A stretch of DNA of 60,562 nt, the filler included, from Sphacelaria rigidula (taxonomy: Eukaryota), in assembly GCA_964200075.2 (NCBI GenBank). It is 10 parts of 10 records of this genome, joined end to end, with 100 filler letters (N's around TTAATTAATTAA, not from the genome) between each part and the next. Parts side by side here need not be neighbours in the genome. Positions count along the whole stretch, not along the records: positions 12,135 to 18,101 come from CAXNAA020023140.1; positions 18,202 to 24,167 come from CAXNAA020023141.1; positions 24,268 to 30,233 come from CAXNAA020023142.1; 7 more parts are not named here. One strand, 5' to 3'. Below the pieces are notes generated by a model, which had not been told where the DNA came from, searched no databases, and worked only from the letters and a program-made list of their open reading frames with translations. This document shows, piece after piece, positions 12,135-24,326 of this stretch (position 1 is its first letter; the number at the start of each line of letters is the position of its first letter). Both the position numbers and the translations under genes were made by a program.

Positions 12135-12513
12135 GTGACGGGGATCAACCCCCCACGACTAATTTTTGTGACGGTTCAAGAGACAACCAACTAGACTACT
12201 GACAAACTCGTCAGTAGTCTAGTTGGTTGTCTCTCAGACCGTCACAAAAGATAAGGACCCCTGTGCACACATTCTTGGAATGAGTGGGGGTGACGAGTAA
12301 CTCTAAGTTACGGTGAAAGCGACAACACAAGAGGTCCTGATGGCTGTCGATAGAGCGCTGGCAAGGGGAGTCGCCCTCCTCGGAGTGAAAGTGACAGGGA
12401 TAGAACCCCCACGACTGACTTTTGTGACGGTTCAAGAGACAACCAAACAGACTACTGACCAGTCAGCGCTGAATGGTCAGTAGTCTAGTTGGTTGTTTCT
12501 TAAACCGTCACAA
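12135..12513. repeat. Tandem 256-bp unit, each copy with a ~40-bp-stem hairpin (12164-12249 and 12422-12513)
   Basis: ttttgtgacggttcaagagacaaccaactagactactgac-aaactc-gtcagtagtctagttggttgtctctcagaccgtcacaaaa (37/40 Watson-Crick). Unit starts at 12135 and 12391. Confidence 0.9.
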
Positions 12514-12670
12514 GACCCAGCTTTCATAATTCCGACCTTCGTTCACCACAAAGCGACCGTCTTTGCATTTCGAGTAGTCCCACATGCACAAAAGGGCACC
12601 GGTTGCCCATACGAGCTACACGTGCGAAACGGACGACATTCAGCAGTGCAGCCCAGTATTTTTTTCTTAC

Positions 12671-12936
12671 GGTTTTCCCCCTGATGGAGGTGGGGGCTAC
12701 GACCGCTCCCGCTGTCGTTGCTGTTGTTTCTGTGTTGTCTTCCCCGTTCCGAGGAGTTTCGACGATCCTTCTCTCGATGGTTCGTGCTCAGCGGCAACGA
12801 CCAGCACCACTCGTTCGGGTCGAACAGACCCGGTCGATGCAGTTGGACCCTTCGGAACTCTAGCCAGGCTGGTTTAGTCACGGGACCACAGCAAGCGATC
12901 ACATATTCGCCATCTGCGGAGAAGCCTAGCAGAACC
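12671..12936 (-). CDS. Exon of a possible DET1/DCAF15-like beta-propeller protein (RVLLGFSADGEYVIACCGPVTKPAWLEFRRV...)
   Basis: aagcag acceptor and C|gtaag donor. LLGFSADGEYVI resembles DCAF15 FLGFSKCGRYVL and DET1 RKFSPDGRYFI. Confidence 0.45.
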
Positions 12937-13007
12937 CTGCTTTGATGAAATAAAACAAGCAAACAGACGAAACGAACAGGGCCGGAAAAAATGGTAAAAA
13001 CGTTTGC

Positions 13008-13306
13008 CTATTCCAGCTGTCGAGTTCATTTCCAGCAGAATTATTCGCTGCTTCGGGGGTCGTCGTCATGTCAACGGCCACGAACGAGTAGTCGGGACGC
13101 CAGAGGAGAGGCGGTGGGCGGGGGTGAAGTAGGGGGGGAACAAACTGTCCCAGAGGGCCTTCAAAGCTGTCGGTGACGCTCACCTCTGTTGCCGCTGGTC
13201 GGGGGAAAGCGCCTTGGATATGGGGTACTTCAGCTGAGGGGGGATCGGAATCCGGCTCCTGCTGCCGTAGGCTTGCCTGTTCGTTCGCGCGCACGCGCAC
13301 ACGCAT
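13008..13306 (-). CDS. Upstream exon of the same gene (...LWRPDYSFVAVDMTTTPEAANNSAGNELDSWN); 5' boundary uncertain
   Basis: Joins 12936 in frame via a 71-nt GC-AG intron (13007-12937), giving ...DSWNRVLLGF. Confidence 0.35.
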
Positions 13307-13616
13307 TTCCCGAGGACAACATAAGGTGCGCATTAATGCAACGGCTAGGAGGCAAAATAGCCATGAGATCTTCCAGGAGATGAAGCAGCAGAGCAGAACT
13401 TGCACTCGGTTGAAAGATTGATTTGGTTGTGATCGAGTGTCGCACAGCATTACTGTAACTAATCTCCGAGGAATCCAGCCGTGGTCATTATCCACAAGAT
13501 AGACGTAACTAAGGTAAACAAAACGGAAACAATCGCTGAAGGGAAAACTTGAGAAGGGAGAAATACGAATGTAAAAAGAAAGATAATCAAAATGGGTAAA
13601 CCGAGAAACGGAAATA

Positions 13617-13835
13617 CCGTAATTGTGCGAGTCATCGCACACCCCCTAGATCGAATTTCAAAGCTCGATTACTTCATGACGAAGGGGGTGCCAACACCAA
13701 ACGACGCTTTTTCGGACAGCTATCGACGAGATCTTTCCAGCGTCACCCTTCTAAGAAGTGATGCTCTTCTTGTTGTGGAGTAATCGAGCTTTGAAATTCG
13801 GTTCAGGGGGTGTGCAATGACTTGCACAATAACGG
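13617..13835. mobile_element. Tc1/mariner-pogo-type MITE, 219 bp, ~60-bp TIRs, TA TSD
   Basis: TA|CCGTAATTGTGCGAGTCATCGCACACCCCCTAGATCGAATTTCAAAGCTCGATTAC ... GTAATCGAGCTTTGAAATTCGGTTCAGGGGGTGTGCAATGACTTGCACAATAACGG|TA. Confidence 0.85.
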
Positions 13836-14629
13836 TAGTGCGGAGAAAACAATCAGGGGGCAGTATCGCAATCCATGTATCAGACCCCTTACACCGGCGG
13901 TAAACCTAAAATGGTAGACCGCGCCAAGGATAGTTCGGTCTCGGGGCGCACAGCATTCCGCACCTCGTACAAACTGGCCAGAAGACACGTTTGTTGCGAT
14001 ACTCTCACGGTACAAATGGACTTATTCTTCTCTTTACCCCTCTAAACTTTTTCCCTTCCTTGGGATGAAATCCGTAGACTCGAAGGATAAAGCCGTCTCT
14101 CCCCCGTTACACGGCGAGCAATTTAGTATCGCGAGTTGGATCATGACCAGCACTCCCGCATCGCGTCGTTCCTCATCAAATAAACTTTCTTCACAACTCA
14201 GGTTGCTTCTTGCGCCACGAACACATAAATCTCCCAAAAACGTTCATCTTGGCGATTCAGCACCCATTCTCGTCATAATACCGGGCTTACCGGATTGTGC
14301 CACCTCAAAAAGACTTGCGGTATACTCTTTGAGAGCATTCTAGTGCACTCTCCTGATCTTCCGTACGCCAGTTTGTCTATTGATCAGACAAACGACTGTT
14401 GAAACTACGCGCGAACGCCGTCGAGTTCTCTCACAAACACATTCCGATCTCAGAAAACTCCTTTTTAGCGAGTGTTCGATAAATCGTCTGTACGACCAAA
14501 AATCACTGGGTGCACGAAATATCGAAAAAGTGCGCTAGAACCCTCTCGGAGAGTACAGCAAATCTCCCTGGCGTGGGACAGTCTGCCGAGCTCCGTGTTC
14601 CTGCGAAAAATGGCGCTGAATCACTCAAC

Positions 14630-14780
14630 AAAGAGTAGAGCTGGATACTGGCGTAGCCAATCAGTGTACAACATACTGGCTGCATCAACATCAGGCATCC
14701 TGGATCCCGCCAGTACCCTGGGTCCGCGGGAAAGCCCCCGCAGAGGCGCATTTTCATGCGATTTGGCTTCATTAGAGTAA
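14630..14780 (+). repeat. Interspersed repeat family shared with 17175-17350 and 49740-49950
   Basis: Shared tactggcgYagcca and ttttcaYgcgatttggcttcaYtagag motifs with 49740-49950; gggccccgctggaggcg links 17175-17350 to 49740-49950. Confidence 0.7.
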
Positions 14781-15170
14781 AAAAATACGATTGGGGCTAA
14801 CTCGCGGCGCAACTTTACAGACGAGTTTCCGTTTAATAATGAGGCGTTACAGTGGGACGCGCGTGACTAGGTACTGGCAGTACTGGGCGCTGCTCTTTCA
14901 GGGCAGCACACAGTCGGTACTAGTTGTACTCTACCATTGTGTACTGGTCCAGTAACTCCAAAATAGGTTGTTCGGGAGAGTTTCGTGTTGTAGCGCAACA
15001 AGCGGTCGATCTCACGTCCTCGCGTGTTCAACGATCAGAATCAGATATGTTGAACTCTGTCTCTCTCTATTTTCGTTCTCCCACTTTCTCGAGATTCCCT
15101 CTGAGCAGCGAATGTTTCTGTTTTTTTTCACCCTCGGTATGGCTTATCTTGAGACCACGGTTCGATTCCT

Positions 15171-15595
15171 AGGTGAGGCTGCTTCTTATGGCAAACAAAA
15201 TTGAAAATATGGAGAAATGCCGTTTTGGAGCTTCTTCGTCGTTTTAGGCCCCAAAAGAGAGCTAGGCGGATCCTGACACCGTGGAATGCCTTGATGTACT
15301 CATTGGAATGGTTCCAGCACACCTGTGCTCCTTCCGGTCGGCGAAGTTTTCTCCTTGCCCAGACTTTACTATTTTTCGGAGACCGGTCAAGCCCATAAAT
15401 ATTTCGAGAAAAAACTGCGGCCACCGGAAAAAGCACAGGCGTGCAGGAATCGTGTCAACGAGTGCAGTAAGGCATTCCAAGGTATCAAAATCCTCCCAAA
15501 ACAGCTCTCTTTCAAGGCGTGAAACGACGTAGAAGCTCCGAAAAGGCAGTTTTTCCAGATTCTTTTTTTTGTTTGCTGTAAGAAGCGAGCGGCCT
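15171..15595. mobile_element. Foldback/MITE with ~190-bp diverged inverted arms
   Basis: gcttcttatggcaaacaaaa...ggagcttcttcgtcgttt...ggaatgcctt aligns to the reverse complement of aaggcattcc...aaacgacgtagaagctcc...tttgtttgctgtaagaagc. Confidence 0.8.
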
Positions 15596-17534
15596 GATTA
15601 TTATACTTGAATGTGCAACAATCAATCATTTCCATCTCAGAAAAACCGAACGCATCATCTGCGGGGAATCGATCCCGCATTCCTTCAACGTAACTGGTTT
15701 CAGTTGCACTATGGGACTTCACGAGTATTGTTATTCTACTCGTGATACAGTTTATTGTGCAGGAAGGGGCATCGGTCATTTCGGAACAGTATCTGAATCC
15801 ACATCTCGACTGACTTTTCAACCAAATCTCAGCAGCAACAAGAGCCGTTTTCTGCCAGCGTAACACGTTTTGCTCGAGATGGCCACACCATAGTTACGCC
15901 AGAGTACATGCATGCAGGACACTGTTGTAGTACATCTAAAATCAAGAAAACAGCATGATACACGAGTAAATTCAATACGAGTAGATCATGATAGTAACAA
16001 CGGTTGAACAATATAACTGCCACCAGGCTTTGCCCTTGACCCCTGTAACGATCACGGCGCGAGTTATTTTTTGCTCTCCTCACTGTTCTCTCCACGCACT
16101 TCCGTGTCTAACAAGACGAACACAGCAACACAGCAGTGCGTACTACACATGAAGCCCGCAAGCGTTCGCGGCATTTTATCGGACAAGATGCAGACACAGC
16201 ATCATAGCAGTACTGTTGTTTGTGGAGTAGTCATACGGTACAACGTTACAAACCCTCACCGACGAAAGACGGCACCCAACACCGACAATGGCGGGGTGGC
16301 AGGCCGCGCTAATTGTCGCTGTTGCTGTCCAAGCTTTCGCTTCGCTCGCGAACGCGAAAATTCTCCAGCCGCAACTACTGATGATGCTGCTACTGCTGCT
16401 GCATTGTTAGCCTGACTTTGCCGTTGATCGGCGAATGCTCGTCGTTGCATGTGGCGGCCGGTGGTATATGCCTGTAAGCGATACAATCAGTACAGACGCT
16501 GGTGTTGTCTTGCGAGGTAGTGCTTTAGGAATTTCGAACTTTGCTTCAAGTCTACAGCTGTAACGCTTACTGTAGTACAGCAGCTGTGTATGATATAGGT
16601 TGGTACTTCACCAAGAGGTACTGTACGATACAGGCGCGATTACGACGCCACAAAATGTTGCCTCAGCGAGAAATAAATCAGCCGTGAGGTGTGTTGTACT
16701 GCGCCCGGTTGATGACGGATTGAACGAATCACATATTTTCTACTGCGCACATTTCCCTTTCGTACATTGACAGATCCGTTGGTCACATCTATTTTCGCCA
16801 TGTCCCTCGCCATCCATCTGAGGTCTACATTTTGGTATCATGAGATAAATGCGTACTGCGATACCGATCACAGCGGCGGAGAATATGTACTAGGGGTAGG
16901 TATATGGATATTTCCTGTCTCATAAGTGTAGTCGCTGATGCGATGCGCATAATACCTCTCCAACGGAGGTGCCAACGCTGCTGTACGATGCTACACCCAC
17001 CAGTACTATTATACATGTACAGTACGAGTATATATAATAGTAGTGCAGTAATAAGAGCTCGGAAATAAATGGTTTGTCTATACTACTAGTAAGTACCAAT
17101 TGAATGGATCCTACCAGCAAGTACCAATTGAATGGTTACGCGTAGCGCACTCATCAACCAGTTAAATGGTACATCATGGTTTGGTCATCGAGCGGCGCAG
17201 CCGCAAGCCAAAAAGCCCCCCGGCCCCCGGCAGAGCGGGCTCCGCTGGAGGCGTCCCTGGAGGGCCCCGCTGGAGGCGCCGTGCCGGGAGCACGTTTTTA
17301 CACGATTTGGCTGAACGAGAGCTCGAAAATACGTTCAATTTGGGCCAATTTTCAAGGGCTGTATGTAGCATACGTAGCCGGTAGCAGCTCATAAAGCCGG
17401 TGACGGTGAATAATGGTTTGAAACCATTATTAAAAAAAATCACTTCACAATTATTATTACCTTTATTACCATTATAATGATAATAATGGCCAGTAGTTAT
17501 AACTGGCACCATTTCCGAGCTCTAGTAGTAATAA

Positions 17535-18101
17535 TGTGTGCTGTGTTGCCGTCCCATCTATCCTGGACGCCGGTGTACACCTTTCGGTGTATGTGGGTGC
17601 ACCAGCCGGGGTCACACAGAACAGCGTTTTCGTGAGATTGAGAGTAGAACACTGATTGAGAGTGGCTTTGATCGATCGCTTTTACTTGGCCAATTTTTCA
17701 GTCAGTGTGTGCCTTCATTTGCCTCCATGACTGGCGTGTGCTTACAGTTACTCGTCGAAATCCTACTCGGGGATGTCAGGAGCCTCAGTGGCAAGCTACT
17801 ATAGGAAGCATATCGGGCTTCACGGAGGGGCATTTCGGAACTAAAACGATTCATTCACTAGTAGTTGACCGTTTTTTCACTCTCAATCGTATCCTCTACT
17901 CTCAATCTCACGAAAATGTTGTTACAGGAGGAAGGTCAGCACAGGAGTTTTTTTCTTTTTAGTAGCCCCACCGTCCTTCTGCGGTGCTTTACTTTGTTTT
18001 TTAGCGCGAGAGGGGTGCAGCAGTTCCTCTCCCTCGTCGACCGTCAAGTCGAATTTTGTGTACCCACGACATGGTCGCTCTCCACTGTTGGACATGGTGT
18101 G
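17535..18101 (-). mobile_element. tRNA-derived SINE copy (3' part), interrupted by a TIR element and truncated by the contig end
   Basis: Reverse complement aligns to the 27310-27660 SINE on both sides of the insertion. Confidence 0.85.
17620..17923. mobile_element. 304-bp TIR element with AAC...GTT ends and a 4-bp TSD (ACAG), inserted in the SINE
   Basis: acag|AACAGCGTTTTCGTGAGATTGAGAGTAGA ... TCTACTCTCAATCTCACGAAAATGTTGTT|acag. The empty site gtcacacaggaggaag is seen in the intact SINE. Confidence 0.85.
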
Positions 18102-18499
18102 NNNNNNNNNNNNNNNNNNNNNNNNNNNNNNNNNNNNNNNNNNNNTTAATTAATTAANNNNNNNNNNNNNNNNNNNNNNNNNNNNNNNNNNNNNNNNNNN
18201 NATGCTCGTTGTGTTTTAGAAAAACATCAACGAGTGCACTCGTCTCGACGAGTGATGGCTCGTCCGACGTATGCAGGTTTTCCCCGAAAAAACTATTCCG
18301 ATTTTACCCAAAGTTTTCTAGGCGTATAACTCCTGGACGAAAAGAAAAAGCGATGGACGTATCATCCCGTGATTTATCGTCGATCGAAAGCTATGGCGTG
18401 AACCCTACATTTTATGTAAGAAGTTCGTATGCAGAACAATCTTAGTGCAAACATCCCCACGCGTTGGGCACGTCTTCAATCTGGACCCTGAACTCTTGA

Positions 18500-18690
18500 C
18501 ACGTGTTTCGCAAGGTACTCGCCGACACATTCCGACCCCCCCCCCCCCTTTTCCCATACTTTCCGCCAAATATGACCATCCCATGGGCCAAGATACGACC
18601 AGTTGAGTCGTATCTCGGTGTGTATCTAGGAGATATAGAAAAAGAGGGGGTCGGCCGGAATATGTTGGCGAGCACCTTGCGAATCACGTG
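18500..18690. mobile_element. MITE with ~35-bp CACGTG-terminated TIRs
   Basis: cacgtgtttcgcaaggtactcgccgacacattccg versus reverse complement cacgtgattcgcaaggtgctcgccaacatattccg. No clear TSD. Confidence 0.75.
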
Positions 18691-21061
18691 CTAAAACTTC
18701 ATGTCTCCACTCGAAAATTGAGTTACGCGTGTCGATATTGGCGAATCCACGAGCTCTTGGGCGGCCAAGATATTTGCCTGGGTACGCGAAAAGTGCGTGA
18801 GTATATCTGGAACATGGCCACAGGGTCCATCTGTAAAATTAAAAACAATTCGATGATGTCTCTCCCTGATCAGTATCCCCTGTATCCCTTTGTTTCGTGG
18901 ACAAACGCATTTCCTATCATAGAGCAGGTGCAACGCAGTCGATACGGATGTCGGGCAGTAACCTCGTAACGTAAACATGTGGGGAGCATATTCTACTTGT
19001 ACACCCTCCCCGTGACAGATACCCGCATACGGGGCTCTTTGCGCCAACATTCTCACACGTTCAGGCAGCGCCCAAATCGCTCAGTGGAAAAGGTTGAAAA
19101 TGAAACACCACTTTTCGGGAGCGAAACTGTTTGTGGGATGAGAACCGTGTATGGTACGATACCATGCTTCCATCGCTTTTCTCGAAAACGATGGAGAAAG
19201 AAATGGGGGCTGGCCACTGTTTAAGAGGGATGATATCCGCAAGGACTTATCCTGTACGGTTTGTTGGGTTTCGAAAGCCTCGCCGTACTAGGAATGCTCG
19301 AAATTCAGAAAAGCGATTCGATTATTTCGAACCTGCTGAAGTGCCGATCGGAACAAAGTGTGGCAGACACCCGGCAGGGATACGGCGCTCTTCGAGGGCA
19401 GAAAGCTAGAGAACCACGAGACTCGGTACGCACGAGGTATCGCCTGAATCGAAGCTTGCACACGAAAAAGTTTTCATCGACGCAGCTTCTGCCGTCGTTA
19501 GAGCTCCTAAGGGCAGCGGCCAGAAAACACACGTCTTGTAATTGTTTCAGTTACTCGAGACTGCAGCAGGAAGTCATGGCGAATCGGGCTGAAAATTAAC
19601 CCAGAAGATGTACTTCGTTGCTCTTTCAAGAAGATGGGTTACGAAAGTTGCCAATGGGGGTGTAATACTCCGTCATAACGCGCTGTGTCTCGGCCGTACA
19701 TGGTGCTTCAATGCAGGTGGGTTTATAAAATACTGTGATTGTGAAGTCCTCCTGAACGTCTCGCAAGTTGTGTGTGGTGCAGTTGGAGAGAAGAATTGAA
19801 AGCAGACCAAGAGAGAAAGCGCGTGGCTACTTATGCTGCGTGTCACCAGCGTTCACCCGTTCACCCGGTTTTCCTAGCCCAACATGTACCTTGCCCTGCA
19901 AAATCCGTGTGTGTTTCCTGTCAGACCAACTAACGATACCTCCGCACCACAAAACTCCGACAAGCACCTCTTCCTTATGGCAAAATGACACTGTAGCGAT
20001 GTACACAGCGCTCACAACAGCTCTCGGGACACGACACTCAGATGCCGTACATCACAGCAGTACACAGCACCTGCTTGACCCAGCCGCTCCGCCCACCGTA
20101 TATCCATGGTGTTTTTCGTTGCTGTTACAAGGTCGGCATCCTCTGCGAGCCGAGCAAGATATCTGATTGCGATACAGATATCTATCTACCGCACTGTGAG
20201 AAGCGCAGAGCCTGGAGCGACGTGCCACGGCACTTATCATGAGGTGAGCAGTGCACGCAGCCAGGGCAACATCTCCGAGAAGGTGCGCGGTGCATTCATC
20301 ATGGTCAGACCCGCGATCAACTAGCCGAAGCTTGGCTGATCATAGATCTACATATCATAAGTTACCTTCCTGGAAATATGGAATACTCTAATGGATTTCT
20401 CTTACAGTGTGAGATCCTTAAAAAATAAACACATGGATCACCCAAACACGGCCGGAATGAGAAAGTGAGATAGGAACATTTCACTTTGTTTTGTTCGATG
20501 AATGGGCAATGATTCTTGTGCAATTGTTAAGGGGGAAAACGAACAAACAGTTGTAAACAGTCCCGAGCGTTAGACAATAGACAGAACGCTTGGAAACGCC
20601 ACGAGCGCTACGGGATCGCTGAGTTAAGGCTGGTGCGTGGAGCTATTTGCTAGTATTATTCGTGTAAGTATCGGGTTTGCTATTTGTTGTGCTAGGTGTA
20701 CATACACGCCACACAATAGCGATTCTACTATCTGTTGTCTCACCTGTCGTTGTGTGTTTGTATCATAACGTACAGGCACACATTACATACAGACAGTATA
20801 TGAATCGATCTTCGGACCTGCCAAAACAATCGGTCTTCAAGTGTTCCCATCTGTCGTCTATCGCCCTCCCTCACCACTGGGACTAGCAGAGGTAACTTGG
20901 ATAAAACCAGCCGTGGCGAACAACGCAAGGCCCGCCAAGGAGACACAGCGAAGCAGGGTATGGAGGGAAGAAGCAGCATCGCCTGAGTACGCGCACGTGC
21001 GTAACAAGCAAGCCTCAGCGTCAGGACTTCCGCTGTCCTGTCCTGTATATCTCATCAGATC

Positions 21062-21242
21062 ATGCCGCTCTTTTCGAGGTCACGCTCCAAAAGCAACGAC
21101 ACTTCACCGCCGTCTTCAGGGGCGAGTAGACGACAGTTGCCGGCAGCTGCTACCGTGGTAGCGGCGGCGGCTCCGGCGCATGAGAGTCGTACCTCCATGG
21201 ATACGGGCATCCTGTCGCCATTAACAACAGATGAGGAACCGG
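21062..21242 (+). CDS. Probable first coding exon of an unknown protein (MPLFSRSRSKSNDTSPPSSG...DEEP)
   Basis: ATG just after a ctcatcag acceptor; GC-rich coding-like codons; CGG|gtatgt donor. Confidence 0.45.
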
Positions 21243-22631
21243 GTATGTGCGCCTGTCATACTCAATTGTACCAGTTTTCGTTCACTACGAGAGTTCGTGT
21301 CCTTCACTCGGTGTTCTGTACATGCGACCCCCAATCCTGTCTGTGCATGAGGGGCGAAACATGGCTTGTTTTGCAGTATCCAAAAGTAACGTGTCTGTAT
21401 AATACATCGTGGACAAAACGTGCGGCAGCTTGCGACCTATCAGTACAACTGGTTGACAAACAGTAGCTTACAGCAGACTGAACGCCATTTTTGCAGAGCG
21501 GGTGTGTGTGGATGACGAGGTGTCAGGTGGGCAAACTCGATCAAGATTAGTGGCAGAAGGAGCTCGACCGAGTTGTCCTGTCCTCGTGTTCTCTTGTTCA
21601 ACAACATGGTTTGTGTACTACTACTGTATGTGCGGGTAGTTTGTACTCGAAGCGTTAGTAAACCCGCTGCTCCGGTGGTCGTAATCGCCAACCACGCTAC
21701 ATATAATACGGATGCTGTACTTTGCTTGTGAAGGGATTCGGCTGTTTTGCTTGTGTGTGCTATCTGCTGGTCAATCTTGAATAATCACCTGAGCGTGAGG
21801 GCGACATTTCTATAGCACTGCTTTTCGTAACAGACAGCAGTACAACAACAGTTACAGAACAACACCGAGTACAGTTCAATATACCGTCTGTACAGTGACG
21901 TCCTGTTTCTAAATCTTCGTCTGTGCACTCATCATGCAAACCCTGCACCCACGGCTATCACGCCTGAGCCTTTACCGCGTTCACTGTCTGGGCTGCTACA
22001 GTAGCCATCCGACCTGTTGGACTGTACCGTATAATGTTGTACTCTTCCATGACTGTTTGTGATATCCCCGTAAGTTTTGCATTGTATCGCCTCGAATGCC
22101 CGATGCCTTGGTGGATGTCGCCTTTCCTAAACAACCCGAAATGATTGCATGATTTTGATTGATTTTTTTTATACATTTGGCCATGATTGCATGGAAAACA
22201 CGAAAATACATAACAACTGCAGTACAAGGGATGCATCCCGTATACAGTACTGGTCACTTATTTGTGTGACCGCGGCCCTTCATCGGGACGAACTGAACCT
22301 AAAACAGTAGCAACCAGTTGTATGAGACACGACTCGGGAGAACCGCCCCGGAATTTTCGTTTTTACCGCCTACGGAACGTGATGCAGGGGCTGGAGTAGT
22401 CGGCCTAACATGTTGAAGGTGGTCTGCGCCTCCTTTTGCTTCACCACCCCAGCAGGGCTTACACCGTTTTGTCCGCGAAATGGCTGCTTTGATGGTTTAA
22501 GGGCTTTGGGGTTCACTGTTTTGTGCCAGGCTCAAGGTTCCATGTATGCACGCCCAGCGAGGTGCGGTTCACAATAATCCGTAGGCTTTTACTTTTTTGC
22601 GTTTTTTCCCAATAAACTTGCGTCTCGTAAA

Positions 22632-22729
22632 CCCTTAGACCGCGAGATTAGTCTTTCTGGATCATGCACACTTTTTTTCACTCGAAATTGATGCCGATTC
22701 AACAGAAGAGCAACCTCGCGGTCTGAGGG
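22632..22729. mobile_element. piggyBac-type mini-MITE, 98 bp (copies 23501-23598 and 40502-40599)
   Basis: taaa|CCCTTAGACCGCGAG ... CTCGCGGTCTGAGGG|ttaa. CCCT/AGGG ends and TTAA-like flanks. Confidence 0.8.
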
Positions 22730-23349
22730 TTAAAATAGGGCCATTTTTGAGCGGAAACCCCGCCGAGGCGTTACATTTACTTAACATTTGTGTCGAAAAC
22801 CGAAAAACCATAATCTACGCGAATTGTATGCGCGCATGAGAAGCAAAAGCCTTATCATACACCGCACAAACACGGAATTGACGAATGCAAAATGACCAAT
22901 CGTCATGTAAACTTTTATAAATTGATTTTACAGCCCGTTGGACCGCCAGCCGAGATAATCCGTTGAATCGACATTTCTTTTCTGGATATTCAGGGTAAAG
23001 CCGAGGTGACCCATCCTGGCAGGCAAAGAGGTTATGCCGTTGTGATGCCCTTTGAGCGCCCGTGCAATATATGTGGTGCAACAGTACAGTCCCGCGATTT
23101 TGTATAAGATGATTTTTGTAGGCGTGGATAAACGGTACGAGGACATGGGCGCTTGGTAACAGTGCCGCCAATTGACAAATTGTGGTCAGTCGAATGTACC
23201 GCGCAGATATCGGAACGGTTTTTTAATGTGAAGACAACAACAACAGTCAGTAGATATGTAGCAGCCTCTTGCCACGAATGAAGCATGGTGTAATTTTTTT
23301 TTGTGCGCATGCTAATTCTGCACTGTTTCTTATATTTTTGTACATGTAA

Positions 23350-23500
23350 GCCGGCCGCCCCGGTGACCCATTTGGTAACCTCGAAACCTTTTGATGGTCG
23401 AGTCGTGGATTCGAATCTCGGAGCGATCTGGGATGTTTTGTTCACGCGAGCCCAACAGTGGACAGCGACTGTGTCGTGGATACCCAAAAATTCGACTTGA
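23350..23500 (+). mobile_element. tRNA-derived SINE, 5' fragment ending at a piggyBac-MITE insertion
   Basis: gccggccgccccggtgacccatttggtaacctcg...gattcgaatctcggag matches the head at 27310. Confidence 0.8.
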
Positions 23501-24267
23501 CCCTTGGACAGCGAAAGTAGGTCATCTGTTGAATCGGCATCGATTTCACTTGGAAAAAGTATGCACGATCCACTAAGACTAACCTCGCGGTCTGAGGGTC
23601 AACCCTTTTGCGACTGAAGCTCACTAACAAGGGGTTCACCATGTATTAGCAAAATAATAATAAACAAGTCTGCGAGCGACCTACACAATCAAGGCGAGGC
23701 AAAATTTATCGACCACATCCAAACGACCAGTGGGGGGGGGGGGGGGGGCCTGTCCCCGGAAGGGATGTCCCTGCAAAGTGGGGGGGGGTCCCCTGTCCCT
23801 GGCCCACAAAAAAGCCTTCCAAGCAAAAGAAAGCCTAAGTGGTCGGGGCTCGCTTTCCCGATTTTTGCTTCGGTCACCATCCTATAATAGAACCTAGTTG
23901 ATAACACTAACACACAGTGCTCGGGGGAAATTCCGGAATATATGTACCCTACTGTATATATGTGTGTGTGTGTGGTCATGTTCACAAGGCGACTGAATCT
24001 CGCAACGCTGTGGGACGAGAGACGGAGCTAGAGGCACGAGTTCTGCGTATCCCTCTCTCGAAGTGGTACAAGCGGCGGTGAGGTCGTATGTAACCGACGG
24101 TAACGAACTCGCTGTGCAAAGGCAGCTGATCTCCGTCGCGGACAACTGCCCAGAACATGTGAGGGAGNNNNNNNNNNNNNNNNNNNNNNNNNNNNNNNNN
24201 NNNNNNNNNNNTTAATTAATTAANNNNNNNNNNNNNNNNNNNNNNNNNNNNNNNNNNNNNNNNNNNN

Positions 24268-24321
<54 letters not shown>

Positions 24322-24325
24322 TAAT
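24268..24325. repeat. (AAT)n microsatellite at contig start
   Basis: Direct reading. Confidence 0.95.
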
Positions 24326-24326
24326 A

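Noticed and set aside
12285..12345. Possible hammerhead ribozyme (gtgacgag-stem-ggtgaaa, ctgatgg)
   Set aside because: The core does not match CUGANGA-stemII-GAAA; required nucleotides are missing or misplaced.
12135..12513. CRISPR-like array
   Set aside because: Only two long units, eukaryotic context, no cas genes, wrong repeat/spacer geometry.
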